Shown here in pieces: positions 25,262 through 38,397 of a stretch of DNA of 64,000 bases. The notes beneath the pieces were generated by a model. The model worked only from the letters and a program-made list of their open reading frames with translations. It did not search any database and had not been told where the DNA came from. Each line of letters starts with the position of its first letter. The first letter of the stretch is position 1. The translations under genes were made by a program, and so were the position numbers. The DNA comes from Torpedo marmorata. Its lineage: Eukaryota. The stretch is taken from the NCBI GenBank assembly GCA_977017645.1, contig OZ360226.1, forward strand, positions 124,310,001 to 124,374,000, written 5' to 3'.

Positions 25262-28200
25262 GATGTACAATTATTTGAATAGCCAGAAACTGATTAGGGA
25301 TAGTCAACATGGCTTTGTGCGTGGTCGGTCGTGTTTAACTAATCTTATAGAGTTTTTTAAGGAGGTTAGCAGGAAAGTTGACGAAGGAAAGGCGGTGGAT
25401 GTTGACTACATGGACTTTTGTAAGGTCTTTGACAAGGTCCCACATGGGAGATTAGTCAGTAAGGTTCAGACGCTAGGTATTCATGGTGAAGTAATGGACT
25501 GGATTCGACAATGGCTGGACGGCAGAAGCCAGAGAGTAGTGGTGGATGATTGCTTCTCAGACTGGAGGCCTGTGACTAGTGGTGTGCCTCAGGGATCGGT
25601 GCTGGGACCATTGTTGTTTGTCATCTATATTAATGATCTGGATGATAATGTGGTGAATTGGATCAGCAAGTTTGCAGATGACACGAAGATTGGAGGCGTT
25701 GTGGACAGCAAAGAAGGTTTTCAAAGCTTGCAAAGGGATCTGGACCAGCTGGAAAAATGGGCTGAAATATGGCAGATGCAACTTAATGCAGACAAGTGTG
25801 AGGTGTTGCATTTTGGAAGGACAAACCAAGAAAGGACGGACACGGTAAATGGTAGGGCACTGAGGAGTGCGGTAGAACAGAGGGATCTGGGAATACAGAT
25901 ACATAATTCCCTGAAAGTGGTGTCACAGATGGATAGGGTTGTAAAGAGAGCTATTGGCATATTGGCCTTCATGAATCAAAGTATTGAGTACAGGAGTTGG
26001 GATGTTATGGTAAAATTGTATAAGATATTGGTGAGGCCAAATTTGGAGTATTGTGTGCAGTTTTGGTCACGTAACTACAGTAAAGATATCAATAAGATAG
26101 AAAGAGTGCAGAGAAGATTTACTAGGAAATATTTGGGAGTTAAAGTGGATACAAAATTGGAAAATTTGTATAAATTAAATTATATACCTTTATCATGAAA
26201 ATAAAAAAAGATTTAGAACTTTGGAAAGATCTACCTATAACTTTGATGGGAAGAGTAAATTGTATCAAAATGAATGTTTTTCCAAGAATTCAATATCTTT
26301 TTCAATCGATTCCTTTTGGAATCCCAAATAAATTTTTTAAGGATTTAAAATTTGTTATTAGGAAATTTTTATGGAAAGGAAAGTTGGCAAGAGTAAGTAT
26401 AGATAAATTAACATGGAATTATGAGATGGGAGGATTGCAACTTCCTAATTTTCAGTATTACTATAAAGCAGCTCAATTAAAATTTATTAATGAATTTTTT
26501 GATTCAACTAAATCTTCTGCTTGGATTAATATAGAATTGAATAACATAGGAGAAATACATAAAGAAGAGATTATTTATAAGTGGAACTCTAAATTATTAT
26601 TAGTTAAAAAGAAAAATTCACCAATTATTAAACATTTGTTGGAAATTTGGTCACAAGTAGATAAAGAAATAGGTCGGAAAGGATCAATTTCTTTAAATAC
26701 ACCAATATACCAAAATTTGCTTATACCATTCTCTATTGATAATCAGTTACTTAAATTATGGTTTCAAAAGGGAATTAAGACCTTGAAAGATTGTTTTGAA
26801 GCTGGTAGATTTGTTACTTTTCAAAGGTTAAAAGAAAAATTTAATATACTAGATAATACAATGTTAGTTTATTTTCAAGTTAAAGCCTTTTTGACTGAGA
26901 TATTAGGGAATGAATTAGTAGCCCCAAGACAAAATGAATTGGAATTGTTAATTACTAAAGTTAATATTAATAAGTTTATATCACAAATGTATAAATTATT
27001 TCAGAGAAAGATGTCTAAAGTAGGGTTACATAAATCTAGATTAAAATGGGAACTAGACTTAAATGTTAATATAGATGAAAATCATTGGAGAGACTTATGT
27101 AAATTAAGTATGACTAAAGTTTTGAATGTTAGATATAGACTAGTACAATATAATTTCTTTCATCAATTATATTTAACACCTAAAAAATTGAAGAAATTTA
27201 ATCCAGCATTATCAGATATGTGTTTTAGATGTAAGAGTGAAATAGGCTCTTTTGTTCACTGTACATGGTTATGTTCAAAAATTCAAGACTTTTGGTTGAA
27301 AGTTAAGAATTTTTTAGAGAGAATTTTTAATGTTGTGTTTACGATGGATCCTATGTTATTTTTATTTGGAGATATTAGAAAATTTAGTATTAGAAATAGA
27401 TTAAATATGTATCAGGTAGAATTTCTACGTATAGTATTAGCAATTTCGAAAAAGTGTATAGCTATTACTTGGAAGTCAGATGTAGATTTAAATTTAGAAA
27501 GATGGCATGCAGAATTACGTTCATGTATACCATTAGAAAAAATTACCTATAATTTGCGTAATAAATATCATTTTTTCTTGAAAATTTGGGGCCCATATAT
27601 GAGAATTATGGGTTTAACAATTTAAATTCTCTGGATATCGGATCCACTGGCGAAAATAACCTCTATGGTAGAATTAGTTTGAAGCTTGTTTTCTCCTCAC
27701 TCTATTTTTCTATCTTTCTTTTTTCTTTTTCTCTTTTACTATATTTTTTTTAGAGTAGTGGGGATGTAGGGGTTAGGGAGGGGAGGGTGGGAAGGGGGGG
27801 AGAAAATGTATATCACATGTATTTTCAAATATATGTATTTTATTCTATGTATTTTGTGATTTAAAAATTTAAATAAAATAAAAAAATAAATAAAAAAAAG
27901 ATTTACTAGGATGTTGCCCAGACTTCAGGAACTGAGTTACAGGGAAAGGTTAAACAGGTTAGGACTTTATTCCCTGGAGAGTAGAAGAATGAGGGGAGAT
28001 TTGATAGAGGTATTTAAAATTATGAGGGGGATAGATAGGCTTTTTCCACTGAGAGTAGGTGAGATACAAACCAGAGGACAAGGGTTAAGAGTGAAAGGGG
28101 AAATGTTTAGGGGGAACATGAGGGGAACTTCTTCACACAGAGAGTGGTGGGAGCGTGGAACAAGCTGCCAGCTGAGGTGGTGAATGCGGGCTCAATTTTA

Positions 28201-28358
28201 ACATTTAAGAAGAATTTGGACAGGTACATGGATGGGAGAGGTATGGAGGGCTATGGACTGGGTGCAGGTCAGTGGGACGAGGCAAACAAAATGGTTCGGA
28301 ACAGACTAGAAAGGCCGATGTGGCCTGTTTCTGTGCTGTAATATTCTATGGTTCTATG
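25262..28358 (+). mobile_element. CR1 LINE, 5'-truncated, split by L1
   Basis: ORF 25263..26198 (SQHGF, GVPQGSVLGP, SKFADD, LEYCVQFWS) continues at 27911..28341; tail TTCTATGGTTCTATG. Confidence 0.92.
26128..27897 (+). mobile_element. L1-clade LINE, 5'-truncated
   Basis: TSD AAGATTTACTAGGA (26114-26127 / 27898-27911); ORF2 C-terminal 476 aa (26195..27625); A-tail. Confidence 0.95.
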
Positions 28359-28724
28359 AGCCACACCATTTAAAATAAGTCTGTGAATGTTTATAACACT
28401 AAACCTGCAAAATAGAGATTCCCTTGAGTAGTAATTCTCTTCACCAACTATTTATTGAACATAAAGTTTTGAAACATAAATAAATAACCTCCTTGTTGAG
28501 CTTGGAGGAACTGGAACATTCAGTTTGCTCCACAGTGGTTACAATGGCCTTCCATCACACCTCTCTCCCCTCCCAACCTATAATGTTGCTTACTCTAACC
28601 TCGCCAAGAATGATCCTTCAGGTCATTACTGCTTGGAAAGGCTGCCTGAGAATCTTCTCTGTGAATTCTGTCTTCAGTTGCTTGATATCCGAAGGCAAAT
28701 AATATTTTATTTCAATGAAATTAA

Positions 28725-28850
28725 GTGGATGGGAGGGGTATGGAGAACTATGGTCAGGCTGCAGCTCATTGGGACGAGGCAGAATAATGGTTCGGCACAG
28801 ACTGGATGGCCAAAAGGCCTGTTGCTGTGCTGTAGCATTCTATGGTTCAA
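28725..28850 (+). mobile_element. CR1 3' tail fragment
   Basis: Similar to 28228-28358. Confidence 0.65.
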
Positions 28851-28954
28851 GTCTTGACCATATACTGAAAAGTAAGCCAAAATGAGTTTCCATCCCAAGG
28901 CAACTAAGTGCAGGCAATAAATGCTGACCAGACGGTGTTATCCAAATCATACCA

Positions 28955-29188
28955 TGATGAGCCCATCAATAACTTCAAAAGACTAGAAGTTGTACTTGAA
29001 CTGAAAGGCTTTTATTAGCAATAGAATGGGGACACATCCATGCTGGTTATCTGTCCTGGACTGGGGGAGGAGCAGTGGCACAATCGCCTTTATTCAGGGG
29101 GTCTGTGGGAGGAGCCACAGGAACAGTCAGCAGAGGGCATGTCCAGACATCTCACCCAGCCACAACCTATACACAGTGGTTTACCACA
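28955..29188 (-). repeat. Probable solo LTR inserted in a degenerate Penelope pLTR
   Basis: Minus strand TGTGGTAAAC...CTCATCA (TG...CA) with AATAAA; flanks TACCA/TACCT (4 of 5 match); Penelope pLTR continues at 29189-29290. Confidence 0.6.
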
Positions 29189-29480
29189 TACCTTGAGGAA
29201 GGGCTCAGGCCCAAAATGTCAGGTTTTTTTCTATACCTCCAATGGATGCTGTGAGACCTGCTGAGTTCCTTCAGCATTTGTGTCTTTACTCCAAATCCCA
29301 CGAACACGCTTAAAATTCACTTAAGTGGTGAAACTACTATTTCCCATAAACATTACTCTGAAACATCAAAATCCTCCCATTTCTTCTTTCCCTGCTCCTC
29401 AATCTGAGTATCAACTCCAAACCCTACATTTCACTGACACCAATCACCCTCACATTTTGAAGAATATTGTATGACTGGGA

Positions 29481-29694
29481 TTGTCTGATCGCAGAAGCTA
29501 AGCAGGCATAGGACTGGTCAGTACTTGGAGGGGAGACCACCTAGGAACACCAGGTGCTGTAGGTTTCTGTGAGGGGCGCTGGACAAAGTAGCGACCCTTT
29601 GCCTGCCTTACGGTAGACAAAAATTAAAGAATTTCATGTATGTTACATTCTAAATGTAGTATTACGTGACAATAATGGAACCTTTACCTTTACC
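29481..29694 (+). mobile_element. 5S rRNA-derived SINE (SINE3-like) or 5S pseudogene with LINE-like tail
   Basis: 29481-29566 matches the 3' two-thirds of 5S (GTCTGATC..GAAGCTAAGCAGG..AGTACTTGGA.GGGAGACC.CCT.GGAA.ACC.GGTGCTGTAGG.TT), then a unique body and GTGACAATAAT..(ACCTTT)n. Confidence 0.75.
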
Positions 29695-30444
29695 ATTGAA
29701 CTTGAGCAAGAAACCATTTGGATGACCACATTAATTTGGTAGAATACATTGAGATAGCTATATTTCATTTTAAAAGCAGTAAATATATCTGTAAAATATT
29801 GAAGCAATAAATTATGAAATATACTGTAATTTATTTTCCACATGCTGCAGATTTTATGTAAATTTGGTCTCTTCTCTATTACGTGTATGAAAATTGTTCC
29901 TTCATCAAAACATCAATTACAGTGTGGTGTTAACCTGTCCCATCTGTGGTGCACCAGCTCATACTCTTCACCAAGGCACTGATGTGTGTGAAATTTTAGA
30001 GACCTGTTATTACTTGAATTGTCTGTGTGAACACCATTATGAGCCAGAACATGTATTTCAACCAATCAGGACTGATGATTGTGTTTGTGAGACTATTTTA
30101 AACAACAGCATATAGTGTAAGGTACTTAAATTTCTCTTGTGAGTCCCATGTGTCTGGAAGACCTGTCAATCAGAACATGCCATTCAAACAAAATTCTAAT
30201 TTGAATTCAATGTCTACCATCCTCAAAGGCAAAGTTGTTATTCTCCTGCTTGTTTACAAATTTTCTTCTTGGGCTGTCCCTCAGGATCAATCTTGCCTCG
30301 CTTCCACTGTGATTGTGTGAACTCTGAGGTAAATATTAAAATGATGTCAATGTGACACTTGTGATATTATCTTTAATCAACATGTGAGCTGTTATGTGGT
30401 TGTTCTGCCCAGTAAAAATTGTTTGAAAAACTTCATTTAATTAA

Positions 30445-30615
30445 ACAGGCCAAACTGGCCTGTTTCTGTGCTGTAAGTGTTATATGGTTATATCGAGAGA
30501 GGTGTGGAGGGTTATGGGCCGGTTGCGGGTCAGTGGGACTAGGTGGGAGAATGTGTTTGGCATGGACTAGAAGGGCCGAACTGGCCTGTTTCTGTGCTGT
30601 AAGTGTTATATGGTT
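30445..30615 (+). repeat. Duplicated CR1/SINE 3' tails
   Basis: GGCC.AACTGGCCTGTTTCTGTGCTGTAAGTGTTATATGGTTA occurs twice. Confidence 0.7.
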
Positions 30616-30770
30616 AATCAAAGCAGGTGCCTTTAATGGTTCAAACTATTAATTCTGCTTGATATGAGAACAGCAATTTACATATTTATGCATTTATTTT
30701 GCATATTTTTTCATAATAATAAATTATCAATGGTTCTGGGTTTGAGACTTGTTAAAGCAGGAAATTTTAA

Positions 30771-31015
30771 GGGGTGGCACGGTTATCATAGCGATTAGCG
30801 CAACGCTGTTACAGCGCCAGTGACCGGGGTTCAAATCCCGCGATGTCTGTAAGGAATTTGTACGTTCTCCCCGTGTCTGCGTGGTTTTCCTCCAGGTCCT
30901 CCAGTTTCCTGCCACCGTTCAAAATGTATGGGGGTGTTAGGTCAATAGGGTGTAATTGGACGGCACAGGCTCATGGAGCGAAAGGGCCTGTTACTGTGCT
31001 GTATGTCTAAATTTA
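30771..31015 (+). mobile_element. tRNA-derived V-SINE (HE1-like)
   Basis: 5' GGGGTGGCACGG, B-box GGTTCAAATCC, V-domain, CR1-like tail. Confidence 0.8.
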
Positions 31016-32462
31016 AAAAATAGAATCAGAATTTAGAATCAGAATTTATTGTCATGAACAAGTCATGAAATTCGGTGTTTTGCGGCAGCATCATAGTGAA
31101 AACATTCATATTATAACCATCTTACGACATTACTATAAAAAAATAAATAATAGTGCACGAAAAGTAAGGCAGTGTCTTTGGTTCATTGATTATTCAGGAA
31201 TCTGATGGCAGCGGGGAAGAAGCTGTCCTTGTGCCGTTGAGTGCTTGACTTTAGGCTCCTGTACCTTTTTCCTGATGGAAGCAGAGTGAAGAGGGCATGG
31301 CCTGGGTGGTGGGGGTCTTTGAGGACAGAGGCTGCTTTTTTAAGACACCGCCTCATGTAGATGTCCTCGATGGAGTGAAGTCTGGTGCCTGTGATGTCAC
31401 AGGCCGAGTTAACAACCCTCTGGAGTTTATTCTTGTCCTGAGAGTTGGCGCCTCCATACCAGGCAGTGACGCAACCAGCCAGAATGCTCTCCACGGTACA
31501 CCTGTAGAAGTTTACGAGAGTCTTCGGTGACATACCTAATCTCCTCAGACACCTCACAAAGTATAGCCGCTGACGAGCCTTCTTTGTGATTGCATCAACG
31601 TGGATGCTCCAGGACAGATCCTCGGAAATGTTGACACCCAGGAATTTGAAGTTCTTGACCATCTCCACTACTGAGCCCTCGATGAGGACTGGGTCGTGTT
31701 CCCCTGACTTTCTCCTGAAGTCCACAATCATCTCCTTGGTTTTGCTGACGTTGAGCGCAAGGTTGTTGTCGTTACACCATTCAACGAGCTGATCTATCTC
31801 CCTCCTGTACGCTTCCTCATTGCCGTTTGTGATTCTGCCGACAACTGTGGTGTCATCGGCAAACTTGTAGATGGGATTGAAATTGTGCCTGGCCACACAG
31901 TCATGGATGTATAACGAGTAGAGCAGTGGACTAAGCACGCATCCTTGGGGTGCGCCTGTGTTGATAATCAGTGAGGAGGAGACATTGTTTCCAATTCGTA
32001 CTTACTGTGGTCTTCCGATGAGAAAGTCAAGGATCCAGTTGCAGAGGGGGGTACAGAGACCGAGAGTTTGTAGCTTCTTGACCAGCACTGAGGGAATAAT
32101 GGTATTGAAGGCCGAGCTGTAGTCGATTAAGAGCAGCCATATGTATGAATTGCTGTTTTTGAGGTGATCCAGAGCTGAGTGGAGAGCCAGCGATATTGCA
32201 TCTGCTGTGGAGCGATTGTGACGATAGGCGAATTGTAGTGGGTCCAGATCTTTGCTTAGGTACGTGTTAATTCTGGCCATGACCAGCCTCTCAAAGCATT
32301 TCATCACAGTAGGTTAGTGCTACTGGGCAGTAGTCGTTGAGGCAGATCACACGACTCTTCTTGGGTACCGGGATGATTGATGCCCTTTTGAAGCAGGTGG
32401 GGACCTTTGACTGCCGCAATGAAAGGTTGAAAATATCCATGAACACTCCGGCTAGTTGGTTG

Positions 32463-33365
32463 TGTTACAGAATCAAACCAGCAACGACAGAAGACGCAAT
32501 GCAAAAGGGGTAAAAATTGAAATTATTATTTATTAAACACAAGTAAACATATAATTTCACAACAATTAACCCCACTATAAACGTCTATAAACTCTATTCT
32601 TATCTAAAAGGTGTATGTGTGTGTGTGTAAAGCCCAGACCATTACAGTCTGTGCCCAACCCTTATGAAAAAATGGAAAAACTTTCCCCAAAAAACCCCAG
32701 GTCAGTCATAAAACAACAAGTCAGTCAAAAAAAAAGATAAACAGTCCACAAGATTCACTCTCTAAGTTCAGGCTTCACTTCAGCTCTGGGTCTGGTAGAA
32801 GTACTTCTGAATGAACGTTGGAGAGAGACAATGACTGATTATGCTTACAAATACTTGTTTTCTTCTCTGATGACGTCCCTTTCTTGTAGGTTCATAAGGA
32901 TTGCAAGTTCCAGATCAGTATACCACTGATTTAGGCGTATGCTTGAATCTCACAGCTAGTCTCGCTGATCTCACGCCTGTTCTCCACAGAAGTTGCTTTT
33001 CTCAGAATTTTTCTCTGAGACAGGAGGCCATGTGCTATTTTGTCAGTCTTTCTCTGACTGCACACACCCCTGGATACTGGCTGTGTTCTGTAGCCTTGCA
33101 ACTCACAACTCTGTCTGCTTTGCAGAGATCTGCCCCTGCTTTTTGCAGAAGTGAAACAAATGTATCTTGTTCAGCCTGTCTCTGTCTCTCTCTGGTCTCT
33201 CTCTGTCTGGGTACACCAGAAGTGTGCAACAATGTATCTTGTCTGGGTACACCAAGTAGCTGGGGAAGTTAACTCTTTCAGTACCTGGCCCCAGTGTATA
33301 CTCCAAAAGAATTCATCCTCCTGCTAACCGTCCACAGTCCAAATGGTCAGTCATGGTCCATAACA
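32463..33365 (-). repeat. 3' LTR of Gmr1-type element (903 bp)
   Basis: Direct repeat of 37494-38397; about three differences seen by eye. Confidence 0.95.
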
Positions 33366-33497
33366 CCTCCCACCCTCAAAGGAAATTTTGGTCTGCAAGA
33401 ACAAAATTTAGGAAAGTAAGTGAGGTGTCAGAATATAAACAAAATCTACAATGTTCATCCACAAATGCAAAATATGAACTATTTTCATTGATAAAGT

Positions 33498-36400
33498 TTA
33501 ACATCTAGAAAGACAATCAGCAATTACATTATCTCTCCCTTTTATATGAGTGATTACCAAATTATATTCTTGCAAAATTAGACTCCAATTCAACAACCGT
33601 CGATTCTTATTTTTCATTTTACAAAGAAAAACCAATGGATTATGGTCAGTATACACTATGAGTGGTTTTTGAGCTGTACAGATATACACATCAAAATGTT
33701 GTAGAGCCAACACAAGAGCCAACAACTCTTTCTCTATAGTTGAATAATTCCTTTGATGATCATTGAACTTCTTCGAGAAGTAGGATACCGGATGTTCAAT
33801 GTCCTCTTCGTTCTTCTTCTGTAACAGCACCGCACCCACAGCTTCATCGCTCGCATCCACGGCTAAAGAAAACGACTGTTCTAAATTAGGTGACTTAAGC
33901 ACAGGTTGGTGGCATAACATGGCTTTCAATTTGACAAATGCTTCCTGACAACCTGTTGACCATACAAATTTCTCTTTCTTTCTAAGCAAATTTGTGAGAG
34001 GGAGCGCAAGATCAGCAAAGTTTTTACAGAACTTGCGGTAGTAGCCAATCATTCCCAGGAACCTCCTCAGAGTTTTCTTACCAGTTGGAACAGGGAACTC
34101 GGAAATAGCGACAACCTTTGCCTCTACTGGCGCCAACTTCCCCTGTCCTACAACATAACTCCGAGAATTAACAGTCCCATGACCCTCCCTAAAACTGGTT
34201 CTATCTGTCTCCTCCTTACCCCTGTCAATAACCAGTACCTCTGGTACATTTTCAGTCCCTTTGTGAGGCACCTGTTCAAAATACGGCTTAATCATATTCA
34301 CATGACAGACCTGTGTGTCTCGTCTGCGATTAGGTGTTTCTATGACATAGGTGACATCATTAATTTTTGACTTAACTCTATAGGGTCCTGAAAATCTAGC
34401 CCTAAGATGATTTGAATGGATGGGAAACAGAACTAATACGTTCTCACCAGGTTTAAAAGTTCTCATCTTCGCCTTTCGATCATACCAAACCTTCATTCTC
34501 TGTTGAGTGGCCTTTAAATTCTCCTTTGCCATCTCACAAGCCCTATTCAACCGATCCTTAAATTTGGAAACATAATCTAACAGATTTAAATGCACATCAC
34601 GATTAATCCACTGTTCTTTTAATAATCTTAAAGGACCTCTCACCTCATGTCCGAAAACTAACTCAAATGGACTAAAACCAAGCGAATCTTGGACAGACTC
34701 CCTCGCTGCAAATAACAACAAATGAACCCCCCTCATCCCAATCCTTTTCCTTCTCACAACAATAGGTTCTAATCATGGTTTTCAAAGTCGAATGGAACCT
34801 CTCCAAAGCCCCTTGACTTTCTGGATGGTACGCAGAGGATACAATCTGTTTAACTCCTAGTCCATCAACCACTTGTTGGAAAACGCCTGACATGAAATTA
34901 CTGCCCTGATCTGATTGAATTTCCCTTGGCAAACTTACCAAGGTGAAAAACTTTACCATAGCCTTTACAATTGACTTTGCTTTTATGTTTCTCAGAGGAA
35001 TGGCCTCTGGAAATCTGGTGGCTGCACACATAATTGTTAACAAATATTAATTCCCCGCTTTGGTTTTGGGCAATGGGCCAACACAGTCCACAATCACTCT
35101 CGAGAAAGGCTCACTAAACGCAGGGATAGGTTGCAAGGGTGCCACCGGGGGACCCTGATTAGGTTTACCCACCACCTGACAAGTGTGACAGGCCCGGCAA
35201 AAGCTTACAACCTCCCTTCTCAAACTGGGCCAATAAAACTGATTCATTATCTTACTTATAGTTTTCTTCACCCCAAGATGACCACCTAAGGGTGTAATAT
35301 GAGCCAAAGTTATTATTTCATCCCTATATACTTTAGGGATCACAACCTGTTGCACTACTGCCCATTCTTCATTGGCAGGAACATCACGTGGTCTCCACTT
35401 TCTCATCAACACCCCATCTTTTTCATAATAACCTACTGGCACCTTTTTAATCTCTTCTTCAGAGAGAACCTTATCCCTCACCTCAGCAAGATCCGGATCG
35501 TCCTTTTGCCTTGCTATTAACTCCTGTTGGGATAGTGACAAATCTGTGCCTTTAGGTGTCTTATCAGTGGATGGGTGTAACATAGGAGATTGCTCAACCT
35601 TTTCCAGGTTTTCTTGATTATCAGTTTCTTTTTCTTTTACCAAGTTATTTTCCACTGCCTTCTCTACAGTGACATTTTTATTAGACATGGCCCTGGTTAT
35701 GGCACATGCCGGATAAATATCAGAGTCTTTCTCTGACTTATCAATGACTGGCTTAGTGGTCATTCGCACTGCAGGAACTACTTTACCCTTGGCCAAGTCA
35801 TTGCCTAACAACAGTGAGACTCCTTCTACTGGCAACTCTGATCTCACTCCTATTATAACTGGTCCTTCCACCAAGTCTGAGTTCAATACTATTTTGTGCA
35901 AAGGAATGGACTCAACCTCACCACCAATTCCTTTTATTAAATTTATGTCACCGGTGTCAGTAGCTTCACAAAATTCCAAGACACTATCTAACACAAGTGA
36001 CTGAGCAGCTCCAGTATCTCGCAAGATTTTCACTGGCACTTGTTTTGATCCTGCCTTAACTGAAACAAAACCATCAGTCACAAAAGGTTTAAATACATCT
36101 TTAACTTGGTCAGTAAATTTATCTCCTTCCTGGGTGTTATGCATCTTCTCACTCTGAATACAAGCATTAGGTGTTGCATCCTTTTCTCTCTTCTTTTTCA
36201 ACACTGGACAGCTTGCTATCATATGACCTTCCTTCCTACAGTAGTGGCAAATGGGACCCGAATTGATTTCCCTTTTCCACTTTCCTTCATCCCTTTCCTT
36301 AACACCACTTCCAAATTTACTTTCCACTTGCTTCTGATTATCCACCGTGACCTTTTGGAAAATTCTACCTGACGTCCACTTAGGCTTGTGTGTTAAAGCA

Positions 36401-37359
36401 TATTCATCTGCTAACTTAGCTGAATTTTGCCAAGTTTTCACCTCCTTTTCATCTAAGTATGCCTTAATATCCTCAGGAACACACCTTTTAATCTCCTCGA
36501 TTATTATCAATTCTCTCAATTGATTGTAATCATTGTTTACCTCCTTAGATGTGCACCACCTGTCAAAACACACAACTTTTTCATAGGCAAACTCTGTATA
36601 AGATTGGGTTGCTGATCTTTTTAGATTTCTAAACTTCTGTCTATAAGCCTCTGGAACTAACTCATAATCCTGGAGTATAGCCTTCTTCACCGTTTCATAA
36701 TCAGCAGCTTGTTCTGTGGTAAGAGTAGAATAAGCTTGCTGAGCTTTTCCTTTAATTACACTTTGTAACATAAGAGACCATTGGTCTTGTGGCCATTTCA
36801 ATTTCACAGCCACTTTCTCAAAATGTTGGAAGTACTTATCTATTTCTGCCTCCTCAAATGGAGGAACCAACCTAACTTCTCTACTAGCCAAAAACCCCTC
36901 AGCAGGATGATGAATTTGATCTTGGCGCTCTTCTTGTCTCCTCTCATTTTCCAACTTTATCTTTTCCAGCTCATATCTCCTATTTCTCTCATCATTCTCG
37001 TGTCTCTTTAGTTCCAATTCCATGTCTAATTTCCTTCTTTCCAATTCCAATTCTAATTTCTTTTGTTCCCTGGCTGCCTCCAATTCCTTTTGTTCCCTGG
37101 CTGCCTCCAATTCCAATTTCTTTAATGCCAACTGTATGTTTTCAGAAGGTTTACCCTTGGGAAACTGCTCTAACATGCTCTCCTCAAATTTTTTTTCTTT
37201 TATATAGTATTTGACTATTTTTCTCCCAATCTCTGCCTTTTTCATAGATGGTTTTACAGAAGCAATGCCCAACTCTGTTGCTATAGCCACTAACTGTTCC
37301 TTTTTCGCCTTTTTTAAAGTATCAGGTTCAGGTGATTCCAAAAATTGTTCTACATCCAT
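33498..37359 (-). pseudogene. Gmr1-type polyprotein: SCAN-like Gag, CCHC, protease, integrase, RNase H
   Basis: YELVPEAYRQKFR, CHYCRKEGHMIASC, LRDTGA, H..GGHLG..CHTC, IVDCVGP, SDQGSNF, YHPESQGALER, GPY, VDASD, YSTIEKE, TDHNPL, ADCLSR; one stop (35047) and one frameshift (~34730). Confidence 0.9.
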
Positions 37360-37493
37360 TGTTGCTGGTTTTTTTTGTTACACACACACTAGCTTTTAAT
37401 TAGCTTTACCAAAAGGAATGCCTTAAACCAAACTGGGATTCCTTCAATTACCAAGATGGATTTTGATTCAAATCCCGCAACGAGCCCCCAATT

Positions 37494-38397
37494 TGTTACA
37501 GAATCAAACCAGCAACGACAGAAGACGCAATGCAAAAGGGGTAAAAATTGAAATTATTATTTATTAAACACAAGTAAACATATAATTTCACAACAATTAA
37601 CCCCACTATAAACGTCTATAAACTCTATTCTTATCTAAAAGGTGTATGTGTGTGTGTGTAAAGCCCAGACCATTACAGTCTGTGCCCAACCCTTATGAAA
37701 AAATGGAAAAACTTTCCCCAAAAAACCCCAGGTCAGTCATAAAACAACAAGTCAGTCAAAAAAAAAGATAAACAGTCCACAAGATTCACTCTCTAAGTTC
37801 AGGCTTCACTTCAGCTCTGGGTCTGGTAGAAGTACTTCTGAATGAACGTTGGAGAGAGACAATGACTGATTATGCTTACAAATACTTGTTTTCTTCCCTG
37901 ATGACGTCCCCTTCTTGTAGGTTCATAAGGATTGCAAGTTCCAGATCAGTATACCACTGATTTAGGCGTATGCTTGAATCTCACAGCTAGTCTCGCTGAT
38001 CTCACGCCTGTTCTCCACAGAAGTTGCTTTTCTCAGAATTTTTCTCTGAGACAGGAGGCCATGTGCTATTTTGTCAGTCTTTCTCTGACTGCACACACCC
38101 CTGGATACTGGCTGTGTTCTGTAGCCTTGCAACTCACAACTCTGTCTGCTTTGCAGAGATCTGCCCCTGCTTTTTGCAGAAGTGAAACAAATGTATCTTG
38201 TTCAGCCTGTCTCTGTCTCTCTCTGGTCTCTCTCTGTCTGGGTACACCAGAAGTGTGCAACAATGTATCTTGTCTGGGTACACCAAGTAGCTGGGGAAGT
38301 TAACTCTTTCAGTACCTGGCCCCAGTGTATACTCCAAAAGAATTCATCCTTCCTGCTAACCGTCCACAGTCCAAATGGTCAGTCATGGTCCATAACA
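37494..38397 (-). repeat. 5' LTR of Gmr1-type element (904 bp)
   Basis: Followed on the minus strand by the tRNA-Pro PBS. Confidence 0.95.

Larger units (their letters stand above)
32463..38397 (-). mobile_element. Gmr1-type Gypsy LTR retrotransposon (gag-PR-IN-[RT deleted]-RNase H)
   Basis: LTRs 32463-33365 and 37494-38397 (TG...CA); 4-bp TSD GTTG; PBS TGGGGGCTCGT (tRNA-Pro); PPT GAGGGTGGGAGG; integrase upstream of RNase H. Confidence 0.93.

Noticed and set aside
25263-26198. Apparent CR1-L1 fusion protein
   Set aside because: Chance read-through across the L1 insertion junction marked by the TSD; stops after ~24 codons
29481-29566. Functional 5S rRNA gene
   Set aside because: Lacks the 5' third, has many substitutions, is not in a tandem array and is followed by a retroposon-like tail
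32901-33272. Identical 123-aa ORFs at 32901 and 37932
   Set aside because: Both lie in the Gypsy LTRs; no recognisable product
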